IMG/VR virus record: IMGVR_UViG_3300037601_000035
DNA: 64,000 bases
Strand: one strand, 5' to 3'
Origin: an uncultured virus (IMG/VR IMGVR_UViG_3300037601_000035)
Taxonomy: Duplodnaviria; Heunggongvirae; Uroviricota; Caudoviricetes
Shown here: positions 10,951-17,831 of the stretch, one piece after another
Layout of the letters: every line of letters starts with the position of its first letter
Numbering within the stretch: position 1 is the stretch's first letter
The notes under the pieces: model-generated
What the model was told of the DNA's origin: nothing
Seen by the model: the letters and a program-made list of their open reading frames with translations, nothing else
Database searches by the model: none
Position numbers and translations under genes: made by a program

Positions 10951-11454
10951 ATGAAAAAAGAATTTAGCAATTTTATAAAAAAACAATTTATATTCAATAG
11001 TATTATCATATTTAATATTGTAGGAGTTTTTAGAGATTTTTCAAATTATTTCTATTCTAGAAAAAATATAAAGAAATTTACTGAAAAAACTTTTTGGGAT
11101 GTTCTAAAATTAAGACTTGATTGGCTTGGAATGCCTTATACTGTTTTAAATTACGAAGATGAATTTTTTCAAGAAATTTCAGAAACAGGTCAAAAACATG
11201 TAATATTAAGAGATATTGCTCCTTTAATAAGAGAATTTAATTCATTCGAATCTTATGATATTATTCAACTAAAACAAAAAAGATTAAAAGGAGATGCTTC
11301 AAATTCTATTTTAATTTATTTTAGACCTGTATTTTATTTTATTACTCTAAAAAATATCTTCTTTACTTCAATACTAGGATATATAATTTATCTTAATTTA
11401 GATAAAATTTTATTAAAATTTGGGAGCATCTTAAATGCAATTGAAAAGTTATAG
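10951..11454 (+). CDS. Hypothetical membrane protein
   Basis: Hydrophobic segments near both termini. Confidence 0.55.
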   Translation: MKKEFSNFIKKQFIFNSIIIFNIVGVFRDFSNYFYSRKNIKKFTEKTFWDVLKLRLDWLGMPYTVLNYEDEFFQEISETGQKHVILRDIAPLIREFNSFESYDIIQLKQKRLKGDASNSILIYFRPVFYFITLKNIFFTSILGYIIYLNLDKILLKFGSILNAIEKL

Positions 11455-11995
11455 AGAGTATCAAGAAGAAAGAACAGAATTTGGATGTCTAATGGCATAC
11501 TTTGAGTTTCCTTCTATTATTGATATTAGAAATCAAATTTCTGAAAATGATATATTAGAAGATTTCAGAGATTCAGGAGAACCTCATGTTACTATATTAT
11601 TTGGTTTTCATTTAGATGAAACTAATTATAAAGATATAGCAGAAGATTGTAAAAATTTAATTAAACAACCTATTGATGATATAAGAATTATTAATATAAG
11701 TACTTTTGAAAACGAAGAATATGATGTTCTTAAATTTACAGTAGAATCAGAAACTTTAACATCTTTAAATAATTATTTTAGAAATACATATCCTTATACA
11801 AATAATTTTCCAGATTATAACCCTCATATTACTATAGATTATCTTAAACCTGGATCAGGAGATAAATATGTAAATTCACTAGATATTTCAGAAGCTAAAA
11901 AAGAAAAAATAATATGTGATAAAGTAGTTTACTCTATGGGAAATTCTTATTATAAACCTTTCTATTATGTTCCTTCTGAAAGAGAAATTTTATAA
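11435..11995 (+). CDS. 2H phosphoesterase, T4 gp57B/Acb1-like (possible anti-CBASS nuclease)
   Basis: Two HxT motifs (PHVT, YNPHIT) and GCLM N-terminal strand. Confidence 0.75.
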   Translation: MQLKSYREYQEERTEFGCLMAYFEFPSIIDIRNQISENDILEDFRDSGEPHVTILFGFHLDETNYKDIAEDCKNLIKQPIDDIRIINISTFENEEYDVLKFTVESETLTSLNNYFRNTYPYTNNFPDYNPHITIDYLKPGSGDKYVNSLDISEAKKEKIICDKVVYSMGNSYYKPFYYVPSEREIL

Positions 11996-12022
11996 TATAT
12001 AATTTATAAATAAAAAACAAAA

Positions 12023-12523
12023 ATGAAAAATAGAATAGTAGAAAATTTCAGTAATTGGAATAAATTAAACGAAGTCAAAACTTCTTATTTTAGTAAGATA
12101 GAGTTTCCATATTGGCCTGATTCTTCATACAGTTTTTCTGTAGTAGAACCTTTTAAGTTTCTTCATAAAACAGAAACTCCTACTGAAGACCAAATGGTAT
12201 ATCCATTTGTAAATACTGAATGGATAGAACTTAATGCTGAAATTGGAGATATTTTTATATTTAATAGTTTCCATGATAGGAAAAAAGTCAGATATAAACC
12301 TAAAATAGAAAAAGAATATTCTTTACCTGATGGAACTCCTACAATTTTAGATACTACTAGTAATATTACATGCTGGTTTGGTTCAACTAGTCATCCAACA
12401 ACACATAATATTGGTGATATGTATATAAAAGCAGAATTTATTCCTTTAGATAAAGTAGAATTGGTAGATAAAAACGAACGTAATAAACAAGAATGGATGA
12501 GACGTAGAATAAAAAATAAATAA
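12023..12523 (+). CDS. Putative internal head protein
   Basis: Leader MKNRIVENFSNWNKLNE; AATATATA at 11994-12001. Confidence 0.65.
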   Translation: MKNRIVENFSNWNKLNEVKTSYFSKIEFPYWPDSSYSFSVVEPFKFLHKTETPTEDQMVYPFVNTEWIELNAEIGDIFIFNSFHDRKKVRYKPKIEKEYSLPDGTPTILDTTSNITCWFGSTSHPTTHNIGDMYIKAEFIPLDKVELVDKNERNKQEWMRRRIKNK

Positions 12524-12532
12524 AAAACAAAA

Positions 12533-12967
12533 ATGAAAAATAGAATAGTAGAAAATTTCAGTAATTGGAATAAATTAAATGAATATAAAGAAGAATTTAA
12601 AAATTTAACTATTGATCAAATAGTAGTAGACGATTATGAATCTTCTGAAGAACCTTCAGAATTATCAATAATTAAAGAGGTTGAAAAACTTATTGGAGAT
12701 ACTATATTGTTTACTCCTAATCCAGAATTTCATAGAAATATTAATTCTTTAGAAGATGTATATTATTATCTTATAGATTTTAAAAACAATCCAAATGCTT
12801 CATATCAATTGTATTATACTAGAATGCATAATCCTGAAAATTTTGATCCTGGATTTTCTTTTGATACAGAGGATGGTGATTCTATAATGGAACCAGAAGG
12901 TTTAGATCCTTATTATATCAGTTCTCATATTAAAAAACTTCCATTTTTTAATTCAAATGAATCTTAA
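12533..12967 (+). CDS. Putative internal head protein with identical leader; frame stays open after the stop to 13171
   Basis: Same 17-aa leader as the previous gene; 67 further in-frame sense codons after TAA. Confidence 0.65.
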   Translation: MKNRIVENFSNWNKLNEYKEEFKNLTIDQIVVDDYESSEEPSELSIIKEVEKLIGDTILFTPNPEFHRNINSLEDVYYYLIDFKNNPNASYQLYYTRMHNPENFDPGFSFDTEDGDSIMEPEGLDPYYISSHIKKLPFFNSNES

Positions 12968-13200
12968 AAAGAATTTCCAGTTTCTGATTTACAAGTTGGT
13001 GACAGAATAGAATTACAATTTGATGTAGAATATGGTGATGATATTTTATATGCTGGAGATTATGAAGTAGTAAAGCCTCGAGGTCCTCATGGAGTGTATT
13101 TATTATCTCCTAGTTATACAGAACCTTTTAGAATTGAAAAAAGATCTTCTTTACCTTATATTAAATATTAAAAGAAAAATAAAAATTAAAAATTTTTTCA

Positions 13201-13289
13201 AAAAACTTTAAAAAATATTTTTTTATTACAAATAAAGTTGCTATATTACAATTCATTAAAAAACAAAACAAAAATAATTTTAATATATA
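13201..13289 (+). promoter_or_regulatory. Promoter block of tRNA operon 1 (near-duplicate of 25599-25686)
   Basis: About 90 bp shared with the region upstream of operon 2; contains TTTTTTATT..TATATTACA and AATATATA. Confidence 0.75.
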
Positions 13290-13298
13290 GATTATAAA

Positions 13299-13436
13299 AT
13301 GAAAAACAATATCACAAATATTACCCTAACACAAACGACACTTGATCAAAGTCAAGCATTATCGTCGCTTCAGTTATGTGCCGATTATCCGTGGGCATTT
13401 GGAAGGGTTATATTTAATGGTATACAAAATATGTAA
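13299..13436 (+). CDS. Attenuator leader peptide 1 (45 aa): MKNNITNITLTQTTLDQSQALSSLQLCADYPWAFGRVIFNGIQNM
   Basis: Translated by hand; codons 9-33 use only T,L,Q,D,S,A,C,Y,P,W, the amino acids of the downstream tRNAs. Confidence 0.8.
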   Translation: MKNNITNITLTQTTLDQSQALSSLQLCADYPWAFGRVIFNGIQNM

Positions 13437-13466
13437 ATATATTTTAATTAAATACGAAATTAAAAC

Positions 13467-13507
13467 AAACCCTTTCAGAAGAAATTTTGAAAGGGTTTTT
13501 CTTTTTT
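13467..13507 (+). terminator. Attenuator terminator 1
   Basis: AAACCCTTTCAGAA-GAAA-TTTTGAAAGGGTTT plus T-tract; 5' arm can instead pair with 13398-13409. Confidence 0.85.
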
Positions 13508-13522
13508 ATAGTAAAAGAAAAT

Positions 13523-13535
13523 TGTTCATTGAAAA
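13523..13535 (+). promoter_or_regulatory. boxA-like antitermination site
   Basis: TGTTCATTGAAAA, similar to the rrn-leader boxA GTTCTTTGAAAA, just before the first tRNA. Confidence 0.55.
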
Positions 13536-13551
13536 GTAGAATGTATAAAAC

Positions 13552-13638
13552 AGAAGATCTGAGTATTGGTGAACTCACCTGTCTTGAAAACAGCTGACGT
13601 CGAAAGGGGTCTTTTCGGTTCGAATCCGGAATCTTCTG
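13552..13638 (+). tRNA. tRNA-Ser(TGA)
   Basis: AGAAGAT/ATCTTCT acceptor; loop CTTGAAA; long variable arm. Confidence 0.85.
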
Positions 13639-13724
13639 CAGTGTAACTATTATGATGACTCTTAGGAGTCTGACTATATTAAAAATATTTAGGAAATTTG
13701 GACATTATAATAGTTACTATTTTT

Positions 13725-13797
13725 GGGATAGAAGTGTTAATGGAAACACGCCGCATTGTCACTGCGGAAATTGTCGGTTCGATCCCGATGTATCCCG
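13725..13797 (+). tRNA. tRNA-Asp(GTC)
   Basis: CCGCA-TTGTCAC-TGCGG; T loop GGTTCGATCC. Confidence 0.9.
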
Positions 13798-13868
13798 CAA
13801 TATTTAGGTACGGTAATACCCGTTAAAGTAAATGGATTCTTGTCGTAAGACCAGCCTAAATTTTTTAT

Positions 13869-13941
13869 CAGTCTGTAGCTCAGTTGGTAGAGTACACCGT
13901 TTGGGGCGGTGGGGCCGCCGGATCGTGACCGGCCAGACTGA
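13869..13941 (+). tRNA. tRNA-Pro(TGG)
   Basis: CACCG-TTTGGGG-CGGTG; CAGTCTG/CAGACTG acceptor. Confidence 0.9.
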
Positions 13942-13945
13942 CAAC

Positions 13946-14020
13946 ATTTGCATCGTATAATTGGAAGTACACTTACTTGTTTTGTAGGTAAAGGCAATGG
14001 TTCGATTCCATTTGCAAATA
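13946..14020 (+). tRNA. Atypical tRNA-like element (nominal anticodon GTT)
   Basis: ATTTGCA/TGCAAAT acceptor; D and T arms present; loop TTGTTTT lacks purine 37. Confidence 0.5.
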
Positions 14021-14026
14021 TGTCAT

Positions 14027-14099
14027 GGGACAATAGCTCAATCGGGAGAGCACTGGTTTTGCAAATCAGAGGTTGTGGGTTCAATCCCCATTTGTTCCA
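14027..14099 (+). tRNA. tRNA-Ala(TGC)
   Basis: CTGGT-TTTGCAA-ATCAG; G3:U70 pair present. Confidence 0.9.
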
Positions 14100-14111
14100 C
14101 ATTTTTAATAT

Positions 14112-14193
14112 GCCAGTATCGAGCCGTGGGAGCTCAGGCGGATTGTAAACCCGTCCCGGAAACGGTATATAGGTTCGACTCCTATTGCTGGCA
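14112..14193 (+). tRNA. tRNA-Tyr(GTA)
   Basis: Loop TTGTAAA; long variable arm CCGGAAACGG. Confidence 0.85.
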
Positions 14194-14200
14194 CATTTAT

Positions 14201-14271
14201 TCCCTTGTAGTGTAATGATAGCACAGTTCACTTTGAATGAACTAGTCTCGGTTTGAATCCTGGCAAGGGAG
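14201..14271 (+). tRNA. tRNA-Gln(TTG)
   Basis: GTTCA-CTTTGAA-TGAAC. Confidence 0.9.
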
Positions 14272-14275
14272 CAAT

Positions 14276-14360
14276 AGTAGATTTGGGATATTGGTAATCC
14301 TAGCATGTTTGCTAAACATGTGGCCCTTGTGGTCTAAGTGTTCGATTCACTTATCTACTG
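14276..14360 (+). tRNA. tRNA-Ser(GCT)
   Basis: CATGT-TTGCTAA-ACATG; long variable arm. Confidence 0.85.
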
Positions 14361-14376
14361 CATTTTTTAATAACAT

Positions 14377-14462
14377 GCTCCCATGGCGAAATTTAGGTAG
14401 GCGCTCAGGACTTAAAATCCTGTGATCGAAAGGTCGTCCCGGTTCGAGTCCGGGTGGGAGTA
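14377..14462 (+). tRNA. tRNA-Leu(TAA)
   Basis: CAGGA-CTTAAAA-TCCTG; long variable arm. Confidence 0.92.
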
Positions 14463-14478
14463 CATCTAACGAGTAATT

Positions 14479-14808
14479 ATGAAACTTAAACAAGTAAAGT
14501 ATTTTTGTAGAAATAACACTAAATCAGGAATTGATTCTTTTGATAATTCAGTAAAGAATGTAATTGATGGAAGAGTTATTTTTTATATGATGGATTCTCA
14601 AGGAATGTCTTTTGATATTTTAATGGATTTATTAAATAATAAAAATATGGGTTTTGATGTAGAAACTTTTATTATTGCTGCAAAGGAAAGTAAAAATTAT
14701 AGAAAAGATAGATTAAGATTATTATTTGAATATAGTTCTCCTAATAAAGAAAAATATTTAGATTTTATGGAAAAGGTAGATTATTTACTTGATAAAATAT
14801 TTGATTAA
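14479..14808 (+). CDS. Small protein inside the tRNA array; resembles a helical segment of alanyl-tRNA synthetase
   Basis: IDGRVIFYMMDSQGMSFDIL resembles the AlaRS G..AF.LYDTYGFP.DL motif. Confidence 0.45.
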   Translation: MKLKQVKYFCRNNTKSGIDSFDNSVKNVIDGRVIFYMMDSQGMSFDILMDLLNNKNMGFDVETFIIAAKESKNYRKDRLRLLFEYSSPNKEKYLDFMEKVDYLLDKIFD

Positions 14809-14812
14809 ATAT

Positions 14813-14892
14813 GCGTCGGTGGCAGATAGGCAATGCAGCGGTCTCCAAAACCGTGTCGAAAGACTATGTGGGTTCAAATCCTACCCGGCGTG
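14813..14892 (+). tRNA. tRNA-Trp(CCA) with extra variable-arm hairpin
   Basis: GCGGT-CTCCAAA-ACCGT then GTC-GAAA-GAC. Confidence 0.88.
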
Positions 14893-14898
14893 CACAAA

Positions 14899-14972
14899 GC
14901 CTCGTTAGCTTAATTGGCTAGAGCGACACCGTTGTATCGTGTTAGGTCTCAGTTCGAATCTGAGACGAGGCT
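14899..14972 (+). tRNA. tRNA-Thr(TGT)
   Basis: GCCTCGT/ACGAGGC acceptor; loop GTTGTAT. Confidence 0.8.
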
Positions 14973-14979
14973 CATGAAT

Positions 14980-15065
14980 TCCCGCGTAGGCCAGAGGTGA
15001 GTCAGCCCGTTTAGACCGGGTGGTAACGTAAGATACAGTACGAGTTCGAATCTCGTCGCGGGGAC
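14980..15065 (+). tRNA. tRNA-Leu(TAG)
   Basis: GCCCG-TTTAGAC-CGGGT; long variable arm. Confidence 0.85.
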
Positions 15066-15098
15066 ATTATTAATCTAAAAGGAAAATATATACTTTAA

Positions 15099-15719
15099 GT
15101 GATAAAAATATATATGAACTTTTTTAAACTTTTCGAATCCTTTATTAGTGAAAATAGAATAGATAATCTATATAATGTGCTTAATAAATCAAATGAAGAA
15201 ATATTTGATTTATTAATTAACATTAAAGGTGTTGATTCTATTTTAAATAAATTAGGGTTAAAAGGAAAAACAGGAAAAACTGCTTCTCTTAAGGAAATGC
15301 AAATGTTGGCTTCTGCTTTAGATAGACCTTTTTGGTATAGTTCTTTACCTGTATCTTATTTCTTTTCTAGTCCAGAAAAACTTCCTGAAAGTACTTCTTT
15401 ACTTCATTTTACAAATAGACCAGATGAGATAATTAAAAAAGGATTTATTCACGGTACTGAAGATTTTAATAAACTTGGTATGTCATGGGGTAGTATGTCG
15501 GGTGGTAAACCTGGATGGAATTACGCATTTAGATTAGAAGATATTATTAAGTATTATGGATCTATAGAAAAAGCTAAACAACATTGGGGAAGAGAAAAGG
15601 TTATTGAATTTGAAGCTCCTGGTATTTTAGTTTGGCATCATGGAGATCAAGTAGATCAAGTTTTGTTTTGGGGCCCTGACGCAAAGAATATTAGAAAATA
15701 TAAGTCTTCTAATGGATAA
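15099..15719 (+). CDS. Putative virion-packaged protein, possible ADP-ribosyltransferase-like fold (start probably 15114)
   Basis: Leader KLFESFISE; LLHFT...IIKKGF motif. Confidence 0.45.
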   Translation: MIKIYMNFFKLFESFISENRIDNLYNVLNKSNEEIFDLLINIKGVDSILNKLGLKGKTGKTASLKEMQMLASALDRPFWYSSLPVSYFFSSPEKLPESTSLLHFTNRPDEIIKKGFIHGTEDFNKLGMSWGSMSGGKPGWNYAFRLEDIIKYYGSIEKAKQHWGREKVIEFEAPGILVWHHGDQVDQVLFWGPDAKNIRKYKSSNG

Positions 15720-15751
15720 AAACTTTTCCTTATTGTATAAGTATAATAAAT

Positions 15752-16114
15752 ATGGAAAAACTTATACAATTATATTCGAATTTATTTAAAGCTGCTTCAG
15801 AAGATATTAAAGAAGGTCCCATAGAATGGGAAGATTTTTTAGAAGGAGAAAAAGAATTTTTAAAATCATTTAATCTTGCTTATAGTTATTTATATTATTT
15901 TAAAGAGCTTTTAAATATTCCTTATGATGTATTCTTAGATGCTGATTTAGATATTAGATTTGTATTTTTTAAAAGAGAAGACACTTTTTCTATTTGTTTT
16001 ACAACTGAAGGTACTTTAGTCTTTGCAACTTCTGAATATTTAATTAAACCTTTTGAAGAAGAAGCTTCTATTGAAACATTTCTTAAAATTAAAAAACTAA
16101 TATTAGAAGGTTGA
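15752..16114 (+). CDS. Hypothetical protein
   Basis: ORF after AAACTT-N16-TATAAT at 15720-15747. Confidence 0.6.
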   Translation: MEKLIQLYSNLFKAASEDIKEGPIEWEDFLEGEKEFLKSFNLAYSYLYYFKELLNIPYDVFLDADLDIRFVFFKREDTFSICFTTEGTLVFATSEYLIKPFEEEASIETFLKIKKLILEG

Positions 16115-16115
16115 A

Positions 16116-16844
16116 ATGTATTATCAAAAATATACAAATTTAGATTTATTAAAATTAGCAGAACTTAATAAAGATGTTTATAAACAACCTAATCCTTTTC
16201 CTTCAATTTATTTTGATAATTTTTTTAAAGAAGATTATTTAACAGAAGTTTTAAATGAATTTCCTGATCTTTCTAGACAAAAAGAAATTTCTTCTTTTAA
16301 TAATCAAAATGAAAAGAAATTTGCTTCTAATGGAGATATTTTATTTGGAGAAAAAACAAGAGAACTTTTAAATTTTTGTAATTCAAAATATTTTTTAAAT
16401 TTTCTTCAAACTATTACAGGAATAAATGAACCTTTAATAGGAGATCCCTATTTTCTTGGAGGAGGTCTTCATGAAATTAAAAAGGGTGGATTGCTTGAAG
16501 TTCACGCAGATTTTAACAAACACTCTCTTCTAAATCTTGATAGAAGAATAAACGTACTTATTTATCTAAATAAAGATTGGAAAGAAGAATATGGTGGTCA
16601 CTTTGAATTATGGGACAAAGAAATGAGCGGTCCTCCTATTCAACTTTTACCTATATTCAATAGAATATGTATTTTTTCAACTACTGATTTTTCATATCAT
16701 GGACATCCTAATCCATTAACTTGTCCAGAAAATATGTCAAGAAAGTCCTTGGCTCTTTATTACTATAGTAACGGAAGACCTCAAGAAGAAATAAATACAG
16801 GACTAGAAAATCATTCTACATTATTCAAAAAGAGAACAAAATGA
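16116..16844 (+). CDS. 2OG-Fe(II) oxygenase
   Basis: GGGLH, HADFN (HxD), YLNKDW...GG.FELW, SYHG, RKSLALYYY. Confidence 0.9.
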   Translation: MYYQKYTNLDLLKLAELNKDVYKQPNPFPSIYFDNFFKEDYLTEVLNEFPDLSRQKEISSFNNQNEKKFASNGDILFGEKTRELLNFCNSKYFLNFLQTITGINEPLIGDPYFLGGGLHEIKKGGLLEVHADFNKHSLLNLDRRINVLIYLNKDWKEEYGGHFELWDKEMSGPPIQLLPIFNRICIFSTTDFSYHGHPNPLTCPENMSRKSLALYYYSNGRPQEEINTGLENHSTLFKKRTK

Positions 16845-17092
16845 TTGAGATTAAACTTGATATTAAACTTGGTATAAACGATATTGAAAGCGTTACAGTT
16901 CTTACTGATCATTTATCAGTCGATGAAGGAAAGTATTTAAGACGTAATAAGGAAACAATCTTTAATTATCTTAGAGAAGGTTTAGAACATGTTCGTAGTA
17001 AATATTTATTTGAACTAAGCATACCAAAAGTAAAAAACCTTATAACTGAAGAGTTAGAAGAATATGTAAATCAAAAAATTAAAACTTGCTAA
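16841..17092 (+). CDS. Hypothetical protein; its stop codon overlaps the 5' end of tRNA-Cys
   Basis: Coupled to the upstream ORF. Confidence 0.55.
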   Translation: MIEIKLDIKLGINDIESVTVLTDHLSVDEGKYLRRNKETIFNYLREGLEHVRSKYLFELSIPKVKNLITEELEEYVNQKIKTC

Positions 17093-17159
17093 CGTACCCA
17101 AGTGGTTAGGGAACTGCCTGCAAAGCAGATACACGGGAGTTCGAATCTCTCCGTTAGCT
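17088..17159 (+). tRNA. tRNA-Cys(GCA)
   Basis: CTGC-CTGCAAA-GCAG; GCTAACG/CGTTAGC acceptor; U73. Confidence 0.88.
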
Positions 17160-17164
17160 CGAAC

Positions 17165-17203
17165 ATTAACCAGAGGTGTACAGATGACTTCTGGTTAATT
17201 TTT
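17165..17203 (+). terminator. Probable terminator ending tRNA operon 1
   Basis: TTAACCAGAGGT...ACTTCTGGTTAA plus T-run. Confidence 0.6.
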
Positions 17204-17282
17204 ATCTAAAGGTATAGGTAACAGTGTAATAACAATAAAAATCCTTCTGGTGATGAATCTGAGGATAGAATAAGGAAAACGT

Positions 17283-17765
17283 ATGAAACAATTTAGATTA
17301 TTTAGAACTTCTGATGTTATAGAAGAAGATTATATCAGATATATTGAAAACTTCTTGGAGAAAAATCCTGGTTGCAAAGTGGCTGTAGGGACAGATTCTA
17401 AATGTAGAACAAGTAAAAGAAGAATTGTTTATGCTACGTGCATTGCTATATTTTATCCTGGAGTAGATGGATATGATAAAGGTGCTCATGTTATTTATTC
17501 TAAAGAAAAATTAGTAGGGAAGATGCCTTTATTTGAAAGACTTTGGGAAGAAGTTGATAGATCTAGAATAATAGCATCTGAAATAGAAGATGAATTACAA
17601 GTTCCTGTTGAAATTCATGTTGACATTAATCCTGATAAAGACTTTAAATCTAATGTTGCTTATCAACCTGCTATAGGTATGTTACAAGGAATGGGATATA
17701 CTGTTTTAGCTAAACCGGAAGCCCCCGCTGCTTCATGCGCAGCAGACGTTCTAGTGAATAGATAA
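17283..17765 (+). CDS. RNase H-like YkuK/DUF458 family protein
   Basis: VGTDS, RLWEEV..S, EIHVDIN, KPEAPAAS..AD. Confidence 0.85.
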   Translation: MKQFRLFRTSDVIEEDYIRYIENFLEKNPGCKVAVGTDSKCRTSKRRIVYATCIAIFYPGVDGYDKGAHVIYSKEKLVGKMPLFERLWEEVDRSRIIASEIEDELQVPVEIHVDINPDKDFKSNVAYQPAIGMLQGMGYTVLAKPEAPAASCAADVLVNR

Positions 17766-17831
17766 AAATATTTTTTTATTTAAAATTTTTTTCTTAAGTT
17801 ACAATAATTCAATTTTTAATAAAGAGGAATA

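Noticed and set aside
13299..13507. T-box riboswitch as the regulatory element
   Set aside because: No T-box consensus (AAnnnGGGTGGnACCGCG) or specifier stem seen in either leader; open reading frames with matched codons explain them better
13342..13539. 65-aa ORF from the track
   Set aside because: TTG start, runs through the terminator, and is out of frame with the better-supported leader at 13299-13436
13737..14306. Minus-strand 189-aa ORF and plus-strand ORFs 13948-14148 and 13997-14215
   Set aside because: Shadows of tRNA genes; GC-rich tRNA sequence lacks stop codons by chance
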